Shown here piece by piece: positions 27,195 through 32,053 of a stretch of 32,053 bases of DNA. Origin of the DNA: an uncultured Candidatus Saccharibacteria bacterium. GTDB taxonomy: Bacteria > Patescibacteriota > Minisyncoccia > Phycocordibacterales > Zambryskibacteraceae. The notes under the pieces are model-generated. The model was not told the origin of the DNA. It made no database searches and worked only from the letters and a program-made list of their open reading frames with translations. The stretch covers positions 1,302 through 33,354 of the forward strand of contig CAZYLR010000003.1 in assembly GCA_964648835.1 (NCBI GenBank), written 5' to 3'. Position numbers and translations under genes: made by a program. How positions within the stretch are numbered: the first letter of the stretch is position 1; each line of letters opens with the position of its first letter.

Positions 27195-27260
27195 GTTTGC
27201 AGACTGAACATTGAAAGCCGATAAGTCCTGACCAGCAATGGCAGGCACGGTAAGGAGACC
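27189..27260 (+). ncRNA. Conserved structured 5' leader, copy 2 (includes the -10 box)
   Basis: Near-identical to 25650-25722. Confidence 0.6.
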
Positions 27261-27264
27261 GCAG

Positions 27265-27729
27265 ATGAAGATCCTGGTAATCGAAGACGACCCGAAGCAC
27301 ATGACCGACGCGAAGCAGTTTTTCGCGAGCCAAACCGGGGTCGAAGTCTCCTACCTGAAGCGTACGCCCTATCACCCGGTGTACGATGGGAGAGAACTTC
27401 AGCCTGGGAAGTACGACGGCGTCCTCTGCGACATCTACTTCTACGATGAACCGCACGGGGTCGCGGTCATGATGACCTGCAGGGAGCGCAACATTCCCTG
27501 CATCATGGTGACGGCGGGCTACCATCACGGCGATCGCTATAACTGGATCTGTATGATGGCCCGTGAGCTCCGTTGCCCTGAGATGGTCGACGCCTCGTCT
27601 GATCGTGAAAAGGAGGCCGACCGGAAAGATTGGGCGGAGGCCTTCGGTCAGCTGAAAAAGCTGATCGAGCGCGGCCCCTGCGGTGAACACGCAAGGTATG
27701 ACCGGTGCGTGTTTCACTCCTCCCTTTAG
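27265..27729 (+). CDS. GC-rich cargo protein 2: single-domain response-regulator receiver-like protein
   Basis: MKILVIEDD, VLCDIYF (acceptor Asp), IMVTA, later Lys; ATG 27265 follows SD AAGGAG. Confidence 0.75.
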   Translation: MKILVIEDDPKHMTDAKQFFASQTGVEVSYLKRTPYHPVYDGRELQPGKYDGVLCDIYFYDEPHGVAVMMTCRERNIPCIMVTAGYHHGDRYNWICMMARELRCPEMVDASSDREKEADRKDWAEAFGQLKKLIERGPCGEHARYDRCVFHSSL

Positions 27730-27750
27730 CTCAGCGAGCGCAATGCTCGC

Positions 27751-27781
27751 ACCACCGAATGAAGTTCGTTCGGTGGTTTTT
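27751..27781 (+). terminator. Intrinsic terminator after cargo 2
   Basis: ACCACCGAA...TTCGGTGGT followed by a T tract. Confidence 0.7.
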
Positions 27782-27795
27782 GTTTTTAAACAATC

Positions 27796-27850
27796 AAAAA
27801 ATCCCCTGAGCTCGTCCCGCTATGGCGGGGCAAGTCGAGGGGGATTTTTT
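27796..27850 (-). terminator. Terminator of hup (probably bidirectional) with an inner REP-like hairpin
   Basis: AAAAAATCCCC...GGGGATTTTTT enclosing CCCGC-TATG-GCGGG. Confidence 0.65.
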
Positions 27851-27868
27851 GATTTTCCAGCTGGAAAA

Positions 27869-28141
27869 TTATTTAACTGCTTCCTTCAATGCCTTAGCCG
27901 GGCGAAACTTCGGTACTCGCATGGATGGAACAGAAATGGCCTGCCCTGTACGAGGGTTTCGAGCCTGGCGGGCGGCACGGACTTTGGTCGAGAAGATGCC
28001 GAGACCAGCAATTGAAACTTCGCCGCCTTTCTTGAGAGTAGAGACGATTGAATCAATGACAATATCGACAACCTCCTCTGCCTGCGCTTTCGTGCCATTG
28101 AGCTTTCCGTGCACTGCATTTGCAATATCTACCTTATTCAT
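27869..28141 (-). CDS. hup: DNA-binding protein HU
   Basis: MNK.D, GLGIF, RAARQARNPRTG, PKFRPAKALK. Confidence 0.97.
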   Translation of the reverse strand: MNKVDIANAVHGKLNGTKAQAEEVVDIVIDSIVSTLKKGGEVSIAGLGIFSTKVRAARQARNPRTGQAISVPSMRVPKFRPAKALKEAVK

Positions 28142-28222
28142 TATTTATTATCTAATATTTTATTTGATAATTCTGACTCTATAACATCTATAGACTCGTG
28201 TTTGATTATATACTAAGCCATT

Positions 28223-29752
28223 TTATCTAGCAAACTCTATGGAGCGGGCCTCTCGGATGACATTAACCTTAATCTCACCCGGATATTTAAGCTCCTCTTC
28301 GATGCGAATAGCTATATCTCTAGCCATTTTTTTGGCCTCTAGGTCGGAGACTTTGTCCGGCAGGACGAAGACACGAACCTCACGACCAGCGGCCAGAGCA
28401 TAAGCCTTCTCCACACCTTCGTATGAAAGGGCGATCGCTTCTAGGTCTCCAAGACGTTTGAGATAGCGTTCGGCGGTATCCCGCCGAGCCCCAGGTCTTC
28501 CTCCCGAGATGGCGTCCGCCGTCTGCACAATAACAGATTCAACAGTTTCATACGGATATTCCTCGTGATGCGACTGCATCGCCTTGATAATATCTTCGGA
28601 AATATTAAACTTGGCTAAAATCTTGCGACCGATATCGACGTGCGTGCCGGAGACCTCATGGTCGAGAGCCTTGCCAATGTCGTGGAGCAGGGCACCAGCT
28701 CTAGCAACCGAGACATCCGCCCCGACTTCACCGGCAATCATGCCGGCCAAATGGCTCATCTCTATCGAATGGTCGAGGACGTTCTGGCTGTAACTGGAGC
28801 GGAAGTGGAGACGACCCAAGAGTGAGACTAGTTTAGGATCAAGGTTGTAGACCTCACACTCAATGACTGCCTGCTCACCCTTCTCCTTGATAATCTTATT
28901 TATCTCGGCCGCGGCCCTCTCCACAAATTCTTCAATCTTGGCCGGCTGAATACGCCCATCGAGAATCAGATTATCCAGCGCCAGTTTAGCTACAGCTCTG
29001 CGCACCGGGTCAAAAGAGGAGAGAGTGATGGAGTTGGGAGTGTCGTCCACTATCACCTCCACACCGGCGGCACGTTCAAAGGCTTTAATATTTCTACCTT
29101 CTTTGCCGATAATTTTGCCCTTCAGTTCATCTGATGGTAAAGAAACTGTTGTGCCCATCATCGCACTGGCAGTCGAGACAGCCAATCTCTGAATCGCGGT
29201 GGAAAGAATTTCCTTGGCGCGAGTATCAAGACGGTCTTCTCCTTCGGTTTCGAGTCTTTGCATGCGTATGAGAAGGTCTTCTTCAGCTTCCTTTTGTACC
29301 GTTTCCAAGAGCTCGTTTTTAGCTTCGCTATGAGAAAGAGCGGCCACCTTAGAGAGCTCCATCTGACGGGCCTCAACAAGTGTTTCTGCCTTCTCTCGGA
29401 GAGAAAGTATTTCCGCGGCTTTTTCCTTTACATGTTCGGCTTCTTTGTCCAAGTCAAGCACGCGCTTGTCGAGAAATTCCTCTTTTTTCACCAGGCGGTC
29501 TTCGGTTTTCTTTGCCCGATCCTCGCGTTCTTTGAACTCTATTTGGGTTTTCTTGGCAATTTCTTCCGCTTGAGTCTCCGCTTCCGAGATAATCCGCCGA
29601 GCTTCCTCTTTGGAAGCGAGCTCCATCTGCTTGATGTCGAGCTCCATCGAACCCTTCTTACCAAGAGAGATTAAGAGGCGCAGTAAATAACCAAAGCCGA
29701 TACCGGCAGATGCGGCAAGCAAGGCTAAAAGTAGCGCTAATTTAAGAGACAT
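28223..29752 (-). CDS. rny: Ribonuclease Y
   Basis: N-terminal TM, coiled coil, KH GKIIGKEGRNI, HD LLHDIGK, RPGARR, KYPGEIKV. Confidence 0.97.
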   Translation of the reverse strand: MSLKLALLLALLAASAGIGFGYLLRLLISLGKKGSMELDIKQMELASKEEARRIISEAETQAEEIAKKTQIEFKEREDRAKKTEDRLVKKEEFLDKRVLDLDKEAEHVKEKAAEILSLREKAETLVEARQMELSKVAALSHSEAKNELLETVQKEAEEDLLIRMQRLETEGEDRLDTRAKEILSTAIQRLAVSTASAMMGTTVSLPSDELKGKIIGKEGRNIKAFERAAGVEVIVDDTPNSITLSSFDPVRRAVAKLALDNLILDGRIQPAKIEEFVERAAAEINKIIKEKGEQAVIECEVYNLDPKLVSLLGRLHFRSSYSQNVLDHSIEMSHLAGMIAGEVGADVSVARAGALLHDIGKALDHEVSGTHVDIGRKILAKFNISEDIIKAMQSHHEEYPYETVESVIVQTADAISGGRPGARRDTAERYLKRLGDLEAIALSYEGVEKAYALAAGREVRVFVLPDKVSDLEAKKMARDIAIRIEEELKYPGEIKVNVIREARSIEFAR

Positions 29753-29884
29753 GATTTGCTGAACGGGACTTCGCCACGCCGAAGCGGGCTATGTCCTCGC
29801 GAAGGCGGGCGAGCAGAACGGTCAGGCGGGAGCTAAGAAACGTTTTAAACTATTTTTTAAGTGAACTACCGAAGTGTATCACAT

Positions 29885-30460
29885 TTACAAAATCTTGTCG
29901 ATTATCCCGTACTTTTTAGCCTCTTCGGCATTCATGAAGAAATCTCTGTCAATATCTTTTTGAATTTGGGCAAGACTCTGGCCGGTATTCTTAGCCATCA
30001 TTTTGGCAAGACTTTCCCGTAATTTCAGAATCTGTTTGGCGCGAATTTCAATATCAGATGCCTGACCTTCAGCGCCTCCTAAAGGCTGATGAATCATTAT
30101 TTCGGCGTTGGGAAGGGCGAACCTTTTCCCCTTAGTCCCAGCAGAAAGAAGCCATGCGCCGCCGGAAGCAGCCATGCCGATACAGACAGTAGAAACATCC
30201 GGCTTAATGTGATTCATAGTATCAATCACGGCCAGCGTGGCCGAGGCTGACCCGCCCGGAGAATTTACGTAAAGAGAAATATCTTTCTTAGGGTCTTCAA
30301 ACTGAAGAAAAAGAAGCTGGGCAATGACAATATTGGCGATATCGTCATCAATCGGTCCAGCGAGAAACACCACGCGCTCGCGGAGAAGCCTTGAATAAAT
30401 ATCATACGCTCGTTCCCCGAACTGTGATTTCTCAATTACTGTTGGTATCAGATAACTCAT
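29885..30460 (-). CDS. clpP: ATP-dependent Clp protease proteolytic subunit
   Basis: [31 protein letters not shown]; ATG 30460. Confidence 0.97.
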   Translation of the reverse strand: MSYLIPTVIEKSQFGERAYDIYSRLLRERVVFLAGPIDDDIANIVIAQLLFLQFEDPKKDISLYVNSPGGSASATLAVIDTMNHIKPDVSTVCIGMAASGGAWLLSAGTKGKRFALPNAEIMIHQPLGGAEGQASDIEIRAKQILKLRESLAKMMAKNTGQSLAQIQKDIDRDFFMNAEEAKKYGIIDKIL

Positions 30461-30476
30461 GCCGAGTAGAGTATAA

Positions 30477-30511
30477 CAAAGAGCCCGACAGTGCAACTGT
30501 CGGGCTCTTTG
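30477..30511. terminator. Intrinsic terminator hairpin
   Basis: CAAAGAGCCCGACAGT-gca-ACTGTCGGGCTCTTTG. Confidence 0.75.
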
Positions 30512-30531
30512 AATATTTCTAGACTAGCAAT

Positions 30532-30801
30532 TTACGATGCATTTAGTTCAACATCCAGATTTTCTATATCTGTGGCATCGAGGTCTGCCTCGATAGAATC
30601 GGTGTCATCCGCCCCACTCTGCATATTGATATTCTCGATAGCTTCATCGGTCGGCACCCCTTCACCAGCACGTTGGTTCCAAAAGTAGAGGCCACCCAAG
30701 ATAACAATCGCGAGGATAACTATCGCGCCGATGATTGGGCCGCTTAAACCTCCTCCGCCCTTTCCTACTTCCGCATTAACATTGTTTTGTTCTCCTTCCA
30801 T
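30532..30801 (-). CDS. Small single-TM protein with an acidic tail
   Basis: GPIIGAIVILAIVILGGLYFW; S..DD..SIEADL. Confidence 0.8.
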   Translation of the reverse strand: MEGEQNNVNAEVGKGGGGLSGPIIGAIVILAIVILGGLYFWNQRAGEGVPTDEAIENINMQSGADDTDSIEADLDATDIENLDVELNAS

Positions 30802-30823
30802 ATTAGTGATTGATTAACAATAA

Positions 30824-31414
30824 TTACTCCTCTTGCGAATCAGATGTCGATGTGGCGGTCCTTTGTCCAGGCTTGAGTGAACGAATCGCTTTCATCAAAC
30901 TGGTGTGAGCTTCGCGAATATGACCTTTGACTTCTGCGGCCACCGCGCGAACTCTCTCGAAATTATCTCGGGCTTTGTTCCCAGAAAGCTCGATTGAAGA
31001 GAAGGTGATGATGCTCAACTTGGCGAGCGAGAGATGATTCTTAGCTTCTGCTACAAAAGATTCGGTTTCGGTAGTGACCCCGCCAAGGGCTTTGACTTTA
31101 GCGATTCTTGATTCAAGACGGACAATAATCTTCTCCAAACGTTCTATCGTAGCGGTAAGTACCCGCGCGGTATGCTCGGCCTTCCTCTCGGCTAAGTTTC
31201 TCTGTATCTCGACTCGGCGCTCGGTCGAAGAAGCCCTGCGTTCCGTAGTCGAAGCTTTTTTTACTTCCACATTCGCCCTAACATTAGCCCTGATTGGGGT
31301 ACCCGTGGCTCCGCCCGAAACGTTAGCTCTAATATCTTGGGCTAAGACCGGTGTAGCAACCGCGACAACCGCAAGCGTCAAGAAAAGAGAAACAGAAAGA
31401 TATTGTTTTTTCAT
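30824..31414 (-). CDS. Secreted coiled-coil hypothetical protein
   Basis: Signal peptide (VLA-Q); ASTTERR/ASSTERR repeat; heptad helices; ATG overlaps the ppa stop. Confidence 0.8.
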   Translation of the reverse strand: MKKQYLSVSLFLTLAVVAVATPVLAQDIRANVSGGATGTPIRANVRANVEVKKASTTERRASSTERRVEIQRNLAERKAEHTARVLTATIERLEKIIVRLESRIAKVKALGGVTTETESFVAEAKNHLSLAKLSIITFSSIELSGNKARDNFERVRAVAAEVKGHIREAHTSLMKAIRSLKPGQRTATSTSDSQEE

Positions 31415-31941
31415 TACTTTATCTTATATTGTTTAGCGTATAATTCAAGTCCCTCCTCAAACGCGGTTTGGGCCTCTTTCTTGCCCTTAAAACCCTTCAC
31501 CTCCACCTCTTTGTTCTGTAGTTTCTTGTAAGTGCTATAAAAATGCTCAATCTCTTTAAGTGTGTGCGGATTAATATCGCCGAGATCGGTAACATTATCA
31601 AAACGTGGGTCGTCCTTAGGCACCGCGATAATTTTGTCATCCACATCACCAGAATCAATCATATTCATGAGCGCAATAGGACGTGCTCTTACCAGAATGC
31701 CCGGTAAGAGCGGGTGGGTAGTCAAGAGCACAACATCAAGGGCATCTTTGTCATACCAAAGCGAACGCGGCACGAAACCGTAGTCAAAAGGAAAGTCCTG
31801 CGCGGTATGGGCGACACGGTCGAGGGCAATCAGGCCGGTTTCCTTGTCTATCTCGTACTTGTTCTTAGAACCCTTGTTTATCTCAACAATTACGTTCATC
31901 ACCTCTTTGGTACCGGGTTCTATGTCATGCCATAAATTCAT
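31414..31941 (-). CDS. ppa: Inorganic pyrophosphatase (family I)
   Basis: KNKYE, LDR, YGFVP, DKDALDV, DDKII, YK.L. Confidence 0.97.
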   Translation of the reverse strand: MNLWHDIEPGTKEVMNVIVEINKGSKNKYEIDKETGLIALDRVAHTAQDFPFDYGFVPRSLWYDKDALDVVLLTTHPLLPGILVRARPIALMNMIDSGDVDDKIIAVPKDDPRFDNVTDLGDINPHTLKEIEHFYSTYKKLQNKEVEVKGFKGKKEAQTAFEEGLELYAKQYKIK

Positions 31942-32053
31942 ATTGTCTTATTATCTTCTGGAACATCGCCAACTGCAAGCTCTTCGCCCTTGGCAGACTG
32001 GATATCAATCCTCCAGCCGGTGAGCTTAGCCGCCAAGCGCACGTTTTGCCCGC
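31938..32053 (-). CDS. nusA: Transcription factor NusA, 3' end (partial)
   Basis: GQNVRLAAKLTGWRIDI KH2 motif; TGA overlaps the ppa ATG. Confidence 0.93.
   Translation of the reverse strand, partial: GQNVRLAAKLTGWRIDIQSAKGEELAVGDVPEDNKTI

Noticed and set aside
28184-28210. Fourth copy of the 36-bp palindrome
   Set aside because: Only ACATCTATA and TCGTG match, with wrong spacing; too weak.
29753-29884. 6S RNA upstream of rny
   Set aside because: Too short and no long rod with a central bubble; looks like a REP-like hairpin in the leader.

Overview
Chromosomal window from a reduced-genome bacterium, most likely Patescibacteria/CPR (Parcubacteria-like). This assignment is inferred from CCA-less 71-72 nt tRNAs, tRNA-Arg(UCG), few SD motifs, PaaX/Cas2-like and TrmB-like regulators and the style of the surface proteins. 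TGA is used as a stop (code 11). From left to right: surface/TPR membrane proteins with a decayed TPR paralog (1-6.3 kb); a strand-alternating glycan/phospho-polymer modification cluster (6.4-16.2 kb); a GC-rich secreted orphan; xth; a hairpin-rich spacer; yraN; a tRNA cluster with a Zn-finger endonuclease gene wedged between two convergent tRNA-Pro genes; a Gly/Pro-rich SH3 surface protein; tRNA-Gly and tRNA-Arg; the CCA-adding enzyme; an accessory island (24.0-27.8 kb); then core genes hup, rny, clpP, ppa and the 3' end of nusA. The most striking structure is the island. Three 36-bp palindromic repeats punctuate a PaaX/Cas2-like gene and two tandem units, each built as [divergent TrmB-like regulator | near-consensus sigma70 promoter | ~96% identical structured leader | unrelated GC-rich cargo ORF | shared 3' hairpin].
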